A stretch of DNA of 64,000 nucleotides, taken from contig NC_087250.1 in the NCBI RefSeq assembly GCF_037042905.1, positions 4,466,001 to 4,530,000 on the forward strand, written 5' to 3'. The number at the start of each line of letters is the position of its first letter. The first letter of the stretch is position 1. The notes beneath the pieces are model-generated. The model did no database searches. It saw nothing but the letters and a program-made list of their open reading frames with translations, and was not told where the DNA came from. Made by a program: the position numbers and the translations under genes. This document shows positions 1 to 11,671 of this stretch, one piece after another. The stretch comes from Lytechinus pictus. Its lineage: Eukaryota.

Positions 1-148
1 GAAAAATGTGAATACACGTAGATTTAGCGATGAAATAAGAAATAACAATTGTAAACTGAAGGAAAGTTCTCTGACCTAGAGTTCAAAACAAGGCTCTACA
101 TTATTATTTCTTATTTCATCGCTAAATCTACGTGTATTCACATTTTTC
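1..148. repeat. Perfect ~45-bp inverted repeat (hairpin), possibly cut by the window edge
   Basis: 1-45 gaaaaatgtgaatacacgtagatttagcgatgaaataagaaataa is the reverse complement of 104-148. Confidence 0.85.
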
Positions 149-818
149 ACATTTCTTATTTCATTCAAACAAGCGCGCACCCCACACACACCTTCACACA
201 ACAAACATCAACCACTACCGTAATACTTGGTGCAAGCTGAAAGAGGGGGAAAAAAATCTTTTTGAAGATACCATAGAAAAACTCGCTCTTCTTGCACTTC
301 ACTAGGTGGTACGTACTGTACGCGTACCGACTGCTTATGTGCAGCGCTGAGCTTCAAGCGACCGAGTGATTCCGAAATAGGTGTAAAACTTTGTAAAAAA
401 AAGTGTCAAAACGGCAAATATTCAACTTCTACTGGACTTTGGAGGCTCAGATGCAAGTATTTTAGGTTGTGAATTATTTAGGGTGAGATTGTACATGTTT
501 GAAAACCATTAAACGGGGAGGTGCGAAATTACACTAGCGCCAAGGATTTTTGTTGTCAATCACACACAAAACAAATGGGCTTCTGACCTCAGTGAGACAA
601 TTTTGTGTGCAAAACGTTATGTTCTTGTTGGTGTCCTCTGAGGTCTCGTACAGGTATGTCCTGTTTCTGAAATCAACCATCTAAAAAGACGTTTATTTAT
701 TAGACTTGCTTTTTCCAAACATAAATCATAAATCCACCGCTTATCAAACTATGTAAGACAGGACAGCTGCAGTTGTAAAATATTGTAAATGATGAATATG
801 ATTAACAGTAGACCATTA

Positions 819-1220
819 GGCCTGATTTCACAAAGGTGGTTTTTAAAACCATCGGTTGAAGCCATGGTTTATGCAGATTTCCTGTATAAATTACGCTTAA
901 TATTTACCGCTTATATTAAAAATGTCCAATGCTGATGCGCGCCTTTGTCACAATGCGCCATATTGATGCCTGTTGCCATGGTTAAATTCGCTATTCATGA
1001 GTCCACTGTTTGAAGAGTGGACATATTAATTCAAAGCAGTTGGCTCATGAATGAAATAGTGTGGATAACCACGGCAAAAGGTGTCAATTTGGCGCACTGT
1101 GTCAAAAGCACGCATGCATCAACATTGGACATTTTTTAATACACGCTGTAAATTAACGCAATTTATACAGGAAATCTGCATTTATAAACCATGGGTTCAA
1201 CCGATGGTTTTAAAAACCAC
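819..1220. mobile_element. Palindromic MITE
   Basis: gtggtttttaaaaccatcggttgaagccatggtttatgcagatttcctgtataaatt... is mirrored by ...aatttatacaggaaatctgca..aaaccatgggttcaaccgatggttttaaaaaccac; self-complementary along its whole length. Confidence 0.8.
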
Positions 1221-1291
1221 GCAAACTATATTTTCTTAACCTTAGTAGAAGCATGATGCGAATGAAAAAATAATTATTTTCCTTCAAACAG

Positions 1292-4200
1292 GGGTGCTGG
1301 TCAAGAGGTCGGGAGGTCATGCATAATGCTCGAATTCAAGGGCAAGAAAATTATGGTAAGTTCATCGCACTTATGGGGAAATTCACCAAGATAATTATTT
1401 TGGTTCTAGAAAGCAGAAAAAAATCATAAGTATTGTAAGAGATTTGAAAGAATATAATCCATCATAAGATTATATATTATATCATCAGAGCCAGAGAAAT
1501 TTCCCCTAATTTATTATAAATTTTGATTAAATTAATCCCTTTTACTTAATGATAAAAAAGATGAATAAGAGTAGGCTTTCTTAAATCCCTTTAAGCACAC
1601 ACAGTCACACAAATGCACATCATTTTATAAACTCATTGCGGTCTGTCCCTGATGAACATTCCAAAGTTTGACGTGAAATCATTGTAAACATTTTACATGT
1701 TTGGGTGATTTTGATTTATCAATGAAGGCAGAAATGTTTCTATGCATGCATGCATGCGTGCCCTATTTTCACAATGTTAAAGTACAATTAAATGTGACCT
1801 ATAACTCCAAAACCACCAATAAGTTGTACGGGAAGGTTCTCATTAAAAAAAATATATATATATATATTAAATCGGTCTTCAAAAAGCCAGAATTAAAAAC
1901 TTAGCTTGTCTGAAGGAGTTTTTCTTCATCGTTATACTGTAAACATTTCGAGTTGTAAAGTTGAATAGGAAACAAGATACAAGCGTTTCTTTGACACATG
2001 TTTTTGCGGATTGCTTGGAAGTTTCATTGAAATTTCACATTGAGCACATCTCATGCTGGAGTGAACACAAACTTCAAATGTTGTTCTCTCCTTATTTTCT
2101 GAAGCTCTCACTTTGTTTTCTCTGCATTCAATCAAGTATTTGAGTGAGATATTGTTGATGAAGTTTGACAAAATTTCATATATCATTTTAAAGCTTAGGA
2201 TGTGCTTGTTTAAACTCAATAAAAATCTTTAAATTCATTTTGGGGGACTTTTTGTTGGTTTGGAGTTGGCTGGTCACAAATTATATTTAAGAGCAACACT
2301 TATATTATAAAGTGTAATAACATTTTTTCAGTTTCAACAGCTAGATTTAAAGGAGAATGAAACTCTTGGAGCAAGTTAGCTTTTGTGAAAGCAGAAAAAT
2401 CAAAGAATAAGATCAACAAAAGTTTGAGTAAAATAGGACTAGCAATAGAAGAGTTATGAGCATTTGAATGTCGAGATCACTAATGCTATGGAGACCCTCC
2501 CATTGGCAATGCGACCAAGATCTATGATGTCACAGATGAACAACTCTCCCCTTTTGGACACTGAAAATATACCCCAAAACATCTCTTTTTGCTCATTCTA
2601 ATCATATGACAAATGATTCATCAATGATATAATGTTGTGAAACCTCTGTACTTGTGAAACCTCTGTACTCTCTCATAAAGAGAACACCTCACCTTGTGAT
2701 AGACTCTGTAAAAGTGAGAATATAAGTGAAATAAGTACTAAAGTAATGAGGGAGTTGTACGTGTGTGACATCACAGATCTAGGTCGCATTGCCAATGGGA
2801 GGATCTACATGGCATTAGTGATCTCAATATTCAAATGCTCATAACTTTCTTATTATTCATTCAATCTTCCTCAAACTTTCAACAATATGTTTCTTTGATC
2901 TTTCTCTTTGATATGGATTCAGCTGGTTTCAAGGGTTTCATTCTCCTTTAATTTATATTTGAATGCGAGAACATTTCTATGCATGCATACCCTGTTTTCA
3001 CAAATTCAAAGTGCAATTGAATCATCATGTTTGTTTTGTAGCTTGATTGTGGAATCCACCCTGGTCGTGATGGCATGGACTCTCTACCTTACTTTGATCT
3101 CATCGACCCTGAAGAGATAGACCTTCTTCTTGTTAGCCAGTAAGTAATGAACCTCATTTATATATGTATACATTATACATGTATGTGAGAAGAATCACAT
3201 TTATGTGAAGCGTTTCGGCCCGGTGGATTAGTCTCCGGACTTTGAAACAGAGGGTCGTGGGTTCGAATCCCAGCCATGGCGCAATTTCCTTCAGCAAGAA
3301 ATTTATCCACATTGTACTGCACACGACCCAGGTGAGGTGAATGGGCACCCGGTAGGATTTATTCCTTGAACGATTTTAAGACATTAATATGGTGGCTTAG
3401 CTACAGCTGGGGTAATAATATGATACCAAGTATCAAAGCGCAGTTGAGTATATGCACATAGTATTAATGGACATATTATTATTATATATAAAACATGAAT
3501 GGTAAGGTTCCCCAAGTCTGCGCAGTTCCCCTTGTTAGCGCACACCCGCATCTCAAGAGTTCGGATAGGACTTGAGCAATTTTCTGTCTGATATTCTATT
3601 TTGAAATATCCTGTTTAATCAATTTCATATTTTTGTTTTATCCAGCTTTCACTTAGACCACTGTGGAGGTTTGCCATATTTTCTAAAGAACACTCAGTTT
3701 CGTGGACGAGTTTTCATGACCCATGCGAGCAAAGCTATTTACAGATGGAATCTCTCGGATTATGTCAAAGTCAGGCAAGTACTATAATCGTTTTGATGTT
3801 TGGGGAACTATTGATGGCGTTCTTTGGAGTTGTCTACCATGTTGTAACACTTCTACTACTACTTTTTCTTACCTGTTTAATGATGATGATGATGTTCGTC
3901 CTTTGCTAGCGAAGACAACCACAACTTCAAAACTTTCTGTGGGTTCGAACTTCGAAGATGGCTGATTAAACTAATCTTTGCGGAAAAAGTTTGTTGTAGT
4001 GTGGGCAAGCAAAAGGCGGCAGTGGGGCAGGCAAAGTGATGATGCTTGCTCTCTCTTTTCGACACAGGCGTTTTTGTTCTTTCTTGCCCACACGTCTTGA
4101 CTCATTTACTTGGAGGGGTCTGAATACACCTATTTTACACGAGTTATAATTTAAAATATTTTTTATGATTTTTTCTTTTTTTTAAGGTAAAAGACAGTAG

Positions 4201-7200
4201 TTGCAGCAAACAATTATTTCCTAATCTTTAAAATCAAGGTCAAATGCCACCATGTTAACATCTAGTTCTGGTCCACTGAAATAGACTTATCTTTGTGAAA
4301 TAATCAAATCTTAGCTGAAAACCGGATATTCTGATGATCACTAACACAGAAAAGCATAAGTGGGACCATGTATTAATATTGCTTCGAAAAAATACCTGAC
4401 ATTTGATGGAAATCCGCGTTTATTTTGCTCATTTCTCAGCAATTACGCATTTCTTCCAGAGCTATTGGGCACATATTTTTTATGTATACATTCAAACACT
4501 GGTGGTAATTTCATTGGATTCGGTTCGGACTCATTTTGAGATCGTTACCACGACTGGTATTAACCTTTAATTGTACCATGTCTATTACAGTAACCTATCA
4601 GCAGAGCGTATGCTGTATACCGATGCAGACCTCCAGACGAGCATGGACCGGATCGAAACAGTTAATTTCCACCAGGAAGTCGATCTGAATGGGATACGTT
4701 TCTCATGTTTTCATGCCGGTCATGTCCTGGGGGCCTGTATGTTCCTGATAGAGATTGCTGGCGTCAAGGTATTGTCAGCTTTTAAATTGGAAAGCATTTG
4801 TATTTGTTGTAGTGTTATTCGAGCAGCTTATTTCTTTTTTTATGGCAACATTCATATTTTTTAATCATTTTATTTGATCAGCTTTCTTTCAAGTTGGCAA
4901 CATTAATATTTTTCTAGTGCTATGTGATCACTTTTTTTTTTCAAATTGGCAACATTTATATATTTGTAGTGTTAGTTTGGTCTACTTATTTTTTGAAAAA
5001 TCATTGTCATCACTGATATTTTTTAAATTTTATTTGATCAGCTTTTCTTCAAAATGGCATTATTAATATTTGAAGTGTTATTGGATCAATTACTATTATT
5101 TCCCATATCAGCAACATTAAAATTGTTCATTCATTGCTGCATTTTCTTCTTGAATGATAGCCAATAACTTTACAGGTATAATTTTCATTTGACCATGTAA
5201 AACCAGTGATTTTGAGGGACATTTTTTTCATCACATTTAGGGATTTTCTTGAGTTTGAAATGAAAAAAATCCTTACCTTTAAATGAAAGATATTGAGGCA
5301 TTTAATTGGTCCGGGTAGGCTTCCTTTTTTTTCCCTTTTTTTTTCTCTTTAAATGTACTTTGCATGAATTTTTTATGGTAATGTGATTTATGTGATATGA
5401 TTTATGATGATGGTGGCTCAGTGGTAGAATGCCCGCCTCCTGAACGAGAGGCCATGGATTTGATCCCTGGCCAAGTCATACCAAAGACTTACAAAAATGC
5501 GACTTTTTGCCTTCTTGCTAGGCGCTCAGCAATTTAGCTTGGAGAGGGGTAATAATGTGTTTATATGCAGGGCCCGCTGGTAGAGCAGTTTACTAACGGA
5601 AGTGTCTTCCCTGGGTGAATAAAATGTTATTATTAATTATTATTATTACTGTATTCTTACTCCCAGATACTCTATACAGGTGACTTCTCACGCCAAGAGG
5701 ACCGGCATCTGATGCAGGCCGAGTTGCCCAATATCAAACCAGATATTCTCATTACGGTGAGTGCATTTATTCCTTTCATTGTTATCCTTTTCAGAATTAT
5801 TGTCAGTATCAGCACTAATCCCCATCATCATCATCATCATCCGTTAAAGTACAGTCCACCAGGTTGGTGTATCATCGTACTTGTAGAATTATGCAGGAGT
5901 ATGTACAGTGCTGTGGAAGATCTATTCTACGTACACGTGCGGTTAAAAAAATAAAAATCAGCGCAGTCTTAGCGCAATTGGATTTTCTGCACCTCAGCCT
6001 TGAAGCTGGCTACTGAAGTGCAGTTAACTGTAATGGCAGGGAGAATATTCCACAGTCTAATGGCATCAGGAATAAAATTTTTCTGTTAAGTAACAGTGCG
6101 AGCATGTGGGACGTGTAACCTCATCTGATGACCACGAAGCGAAGTGGAAGTAGCAGCCTGGTTGAAGTACTGCACCTTTGGTACATCAACAATTGTGTTT
6201 ACCAAGCGATAAACCATCACCACCTTGAACTGGGCTCTTCTCTCTTCAAGGGTGGGCCACTGTAGCTGTCGTAGCATATCGGTGACACTACTAGTGCGAC
6301 GATGGTCTCCCATGGTGAATCTAGCATATCGTCGCTGCACCATCTCCAGCTTCCAGGTGTTGTCCTTGGTGAAGGGGTCCCACACTTCACATCCATATTC
6401 CAGGACAGGTCTGAGGAGAGATTTGTAACATAGAACCTTGACGCTTCTTGGGCTTGAGTGCAGGGTACGTTGCAAGAAGGCACGTGTAGAGTTGGCCTTC
6501 TTGGTGACCATGCTAATATGGTGGTTCCACTTCATGTTCTGATGAATATGAACACTAAGGTATTTTGCAGAGCTGACCTTTTGTAAAGGTCGATCATGAA
6601 TGGAGTATGTCATGTTTAGTGGATTCCGCTTGTTGGTTACTGAGATAGTTTGACACTTCTGAGGATTGAATTTCATAAGCCAGTCTGACTCCCATTTCTG
6701 CAAGGAGTCAAGATCCTCTTGAAGTTTGTTGGCATCATCCTGAGATTGGATCTTGCGGTAGAGTAGGCAGTCATCGGCAAACAGTTTGGTTGTTGTCTGA
6801 GATGAAATGCAATCAGGCAGATCATTGATGTAGAGTAGAAACAGGTGAGGGCCGAGGACACTGCCTTGCGGCACGCCTGACGAGACTGGGATAGTATTTG
6901 AAGTACATCCATTGACGACTACTCTTTGAGTTCTGTTGTGGAGGAAGTCTTGAATCCAGCGCAGGGTAGTAAGACGAATGCCGTAGAACTTTAGTTTGTA
7001 TAGAAGTCGGTGGTGGGGGACTTTATCAAAAGCCTTCAAAAAATCTAAAAGGATCATGTCGTGCTGTTCGCCTTTGTCAAGTCCTTTGGCAAGGTCATCA
7101 CAGGTGAAAATGAGTTGGGTGATACAAGAACGTCGCTTACGGAATCCATATTGAGCATCTGTTATAATGTTATTACTATCCAGGTGATCCATAATAGAGC

Positions 7201-10200
7201 TGCAGAGAACATGATCTAGGACTTTGCACGAGATAGATGTCAGAGATATGGGTCTGTAGTTCTCTGGATTACTCCTATCTCCTTTCTTGAACACGGGAGC
7301 ATCATTTGCCATTCTCCAGTCATCTGGGATAATGCCTTGATGGATAGATGCTTTGAAGAGTATCGTAAGCGCTGGGGTAATCTCATTAGCAAGTGTTTTC
7401 AGTAATCTGGCAGAAATTCCATCTGGGCCTGTTGCTTTATGAGGATCAAGTCCGGATAACAGCTTATTGACACCAGTTGGAGAAATGTCAATTTCACACA
7501 TGGATGGATGAGGACTATCACCTTTATCAGGGATGTTGGTGAGACACTCATCCTTCGTAAAGACTGATGCAAACTGTTGATTCAGAGTGTTTGACTTCGA
7601 GGTGCAGTCAGATTGGATGATTCCATTTGATGAGTTCAACGGAGGAACACCAGTTGTATCACACTTCTTACTCTTGATAAATGACCAGAATCGCTTTGGG
7701 TTGCTCTTCGAGTCAGGAGATATGATATTCCTGATGTAGTCATTATATGCCTGTTTACATGCAGATCTTGACTCTTTCTTTAGGGCTCTGTATTTCTCGA
7801 AATCTTCCTCGGTACCTGTTTGGCTCCTTGCCCTTGCATACTGGCGCTTCTTTCTTCTTGACAAGCGGTTCACTTTAGTATTTATCCAAGGCTGGATCAT
7901 CGTCATTAAAAGCATACATTGCAGTCGTGATTATTATCAACAATGCCTTCCTGATCACCATAATCTTCATCATCATCATCACAATCATTACTGGTATATG
8001 TATCAATATCATCATCATCATCACCACCTCCGTTGTCATCAACATCATCCTCATCATTGTCATTATCATCATCAGCACCATCTTCATCATCATCAATAGC
8101 ATCATCATTATCATCATTGTCACCACCGTCACTATCATTAATGTCTTCATCATCATTGTCATCATCACTATTAGTGCATTGACATCAACATAATCAAAAT
8201 GAATTCCATGATGATCATCATTATCTTCGTCATCATCGCCATAACCAAAGTAAGCCATGTTTGTGTACATAGTCAATGAGGTTCTTTACTTTCCTACTTT
8301 TCAGGAATCCACCTACGGCACTCACATACATGAGAAACGGGAAGACCGAGAGGCGCGATTCACAAGCACAGTCCATGACATAGTCAACAGAGGAGGGCGC
8401 TGTTTAATACCCGTCTTTGCCTTGGGGCGAGCGCAGGAGCTTCTTCTGATTCTTGGTAAGGTCTGAACACCGCTGTTTTTAATGATTATTAATTTTTGGA
8501 GAAATATAGCCATGCTTCCGGTTGCTTAATCAAATTGTGTTTCTTTTTTCATGACTATTTTTATTGCAGAATTGCATTTGAAAACAAATCTGACCATTCA
8601 TCATCATCATCATTCGTGAAAGTATAGTCCACCGGGTTGGTGTATCGTCGTACTTATGCATTAATCTATAGATTAATCTATAGAGGAACCGGTTTTCTCT
8701 AGGACACAGTCTTGCAGTTTCTGTTATTTCACGTTGGACTTGAAATTAATAAAGTATACCCCTTTGGATAAAAACAATCAAATAATTCTTCAGATCATTG
8801 GAAAATAGAGTTGTGAATGTTTTTCGCCTCTACCCACCAAAGAAGGTTATCAGGAACTATTTTTGGTGGGGTAGCCTGTTTTAGTTACGAGGCCCAGAGC
8901 TTCTATTTTGTAATGATTTTGCTTCATATATTTCCCATACTGTCCTATCAAAATCTTCTGTTAAAGTGTTTCATTTTTTAGCCAATTCATCTCTGTAAAG
9001 CCGCTCATCATTTATACTACATAAGCAATAACCCATTTTATCTCCAAACTATTTTGTAGATGAGTGTTGATCCAACCACCCCAAGCTCAACGATATAACA
9101 ATCTACTATTTCTTTTTTTTATGAGTGGTGACCTGTCCTCTGTGTTTTGTTGTGTAGATAAGTATTGATCCAATCACTGAACTTCATGATATACCAGTCT
9201 GTTATTTTGAGTGGTAACCTGTTCTCTGTGTTTTGTTGTGTAGATGAGTATTGATCCAACCACTGTGAACTTCATGATATACCAGTCTGTTATTTTATCC
9301 TGTTTGAGTGGTGACCTGTTCTCTGTGTTTTGTTGTGTAGATGAGTATTGGTCAAATCACCCTGAGCTTCATGACATTCCAATCTACTACGCCTCATCTC
9401 TGGCTAAGAAGTGCATGGCCGTCTACCAAACATATATAGATGCTATGAATGAGAAGATCCGAAGACAGGTAAGGAGTTGTCCCGCCCAAAAAGTCCCGTG
9501 GGTGTTTCATAAAGTTGTTTGTAAGTTACGAATGACTTAATGCATGACTGGTGATCCTTTCTTGTGGTGAATGATATCCCTATATACAGTTGAGGCCAGA
9601 AGTTTACATACACCCAGGAAATTGAAAGAAAAGTTGACACTTGCCAAACATCATAAAATTTACTGTATCTTATAAAATATTTGTGCTATTATCATAATGA
9701 CAAATTTGATATCAACCAAATGAATATGTCATGCTCCTTTATCATACTGCTTTGTCATCAGGAGATATCAATCGTAAATACAATTTTTTTTAATTGGATC
9801 ATATCAGATTGTGTAGTGCTGCCAGGCGTAAGCTTCTTCTTGTGTTTATTATTTATGGTCTTATCCCTTTTCAGATCAATGTTAGCAATCCATTTGTATT
9901 CAAGCACATTTCAAACCTGCGTGGGATGGACCACTTTGATGACGTTGGGCCGTCCGTTGTCATGGCGAGCCCTGGTATGATGCAGTCAGGCCTGTCAAGG
10001 GAGCTGTTCGAGAACTGGTGCACTGACCGGCGCAACGGTCTCATTATCGCGGGTTATAGTGTGGAAGGCACTATGGCTAAGGTAATTTAAACTGGATGAT
10101 GTTTATGGTGGTGGTGCTGGTGGTGGTGATGATGGTGATGATGATGATTGTGGTGGTGGTGATGGTGGTGGTGATAATGATGATGGTGGTGGTGGTGATG

Positions 10201-11640
10201 GTAATGGTGATTGGTAATGATGTTGATGATGATTGTGATGATGATGATGGTGATGTTGTTGATTGCATCATCATATATTTCAAATTGATTGTCAAAATCT
10301 CTTGTTCTACTATCAAGAACATACGATGTCATATATCAAAGTGAGTTAATGTGTGTTCGTCTGTTCTTTTTATAGCATGTGATGCCATATAAATGTATTT
10401 TCCTATTCTATTTATAGCATGTGATGTCATATATATGTACATTTCCCTTGGTCTACTTATAGCTGTGATGTCATTTTCTCCTGTTCTTTTCATAGCATGT
10501 GGTGTCCTTTTCTCTTGTTCTATTTATAGCATGTAAATGAAATTCTCCCTTGTTCTATTTATAGCATGTGATGTCATCGCCCGAGGAGATCCAGACTCTT
10601 AGCGGTCAGAAGGTTCCACTGAAGATGTCCGTTGACTACATCTCATTCTCTGCTCACGCTGATTATGAACAGACATCAGAGTTTATCAGAGCTCTTAAAC
10701 CTCCTCAGATTGTAAGTAATACTTGGCAATTACGGTAGTGATGGTATGTGTGTAAAGGAGGGGGAGAGACAGGGAGAAGGGGGAGGAGATGGTGGAGAAG
10801 AAGAAGGAGGAGGAAGGGGGAAGAGGAGGAAGGAGGAAGGGGGAAGAGGAGGAAGGGGGAAGAAGAGGAGGAAAGAGGACAAAGGGGGGAGGAGGAGGGA
10901 GGGTGAGGAGGAAGAAGATGAAGGGGGAGGGAGAAAAAGGAGGAGGAAGAAGCTGAAGGAAGAAGAGGAAGAAGGGAGGAGGAAGAAGCTTAGCAAAGGA
11001 TTATTCACAAAGTTTGTGGGTATTCTGATATCAGAAGTAGTGATAAGCAAACTGGCATATAAATTGTTCTAAATAATAGCTTGAATTACACATTAGTCAG
11101 CTGTAGGTAATAATAATAATTTTGACTGGCTCTTCTATCGGGAAACATCAAATATATTGCCCTTAAAAGAACCATATTGCCCTCGTCTAAAGACTCAGGC
11201 CAATATGATTCTTTTGCGGGCAACATATTTGACGTTCCCCTCAAGGCCAGTCAATATTATATAATTGTTTTCTTCAACGTGGTCAACAATCTTTTGACTT
11301 TCCCTTCTCTCTCAACATTTGTAGGTTCTGGTCCATGGTGAAGCAAATGAGATGAGTAGATTGAAAGCTGCTATTTTGAGAGAATACGAGGATGACGACG
11401 AGTATAACATCCAGGTCCATAACCCTCGCACAACCCAAGCTGTTGAACTCTACTTCAGGGGAGAGAAAATGGCAAAGGTATCGATGATGAAGATGATGAC
11501 GATGGTGATGATGATGATGATGATGAAGATGATGACTATGATGATGATGGTGATAATGATGATGATGATGATTATGATGATGATGGTGATAATGGTGATG
11601 ATGATGATAATGATGAAGATGATGACTATGATGATGATGG

Positions 11641-11671
<31 letters not shown>

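Noticed and set aside
1..1291. CPSF3 first coding exon or promoter
   Set aside because: No sequence encoding the expected N-terminal ..L.IRPL peptide with a phase-2 donor was found; it is presumably upstream of the window.
3208..3285. Possible functional tRNA genes at SINE heads (also 5411, 12660, 15400, 29770, 39290)
   Set aside because: Each continues into a shared SINE body and simple-repeat tail, and I could not see a proper acceptor stem.
7875..8276. Poly-M and poly-I ORFs (also poly-H/T/V at 10077-10344 and the charged ORFs at 10730-11072)
   Set aside because: Microsatellite and polypurine translation artefacts.
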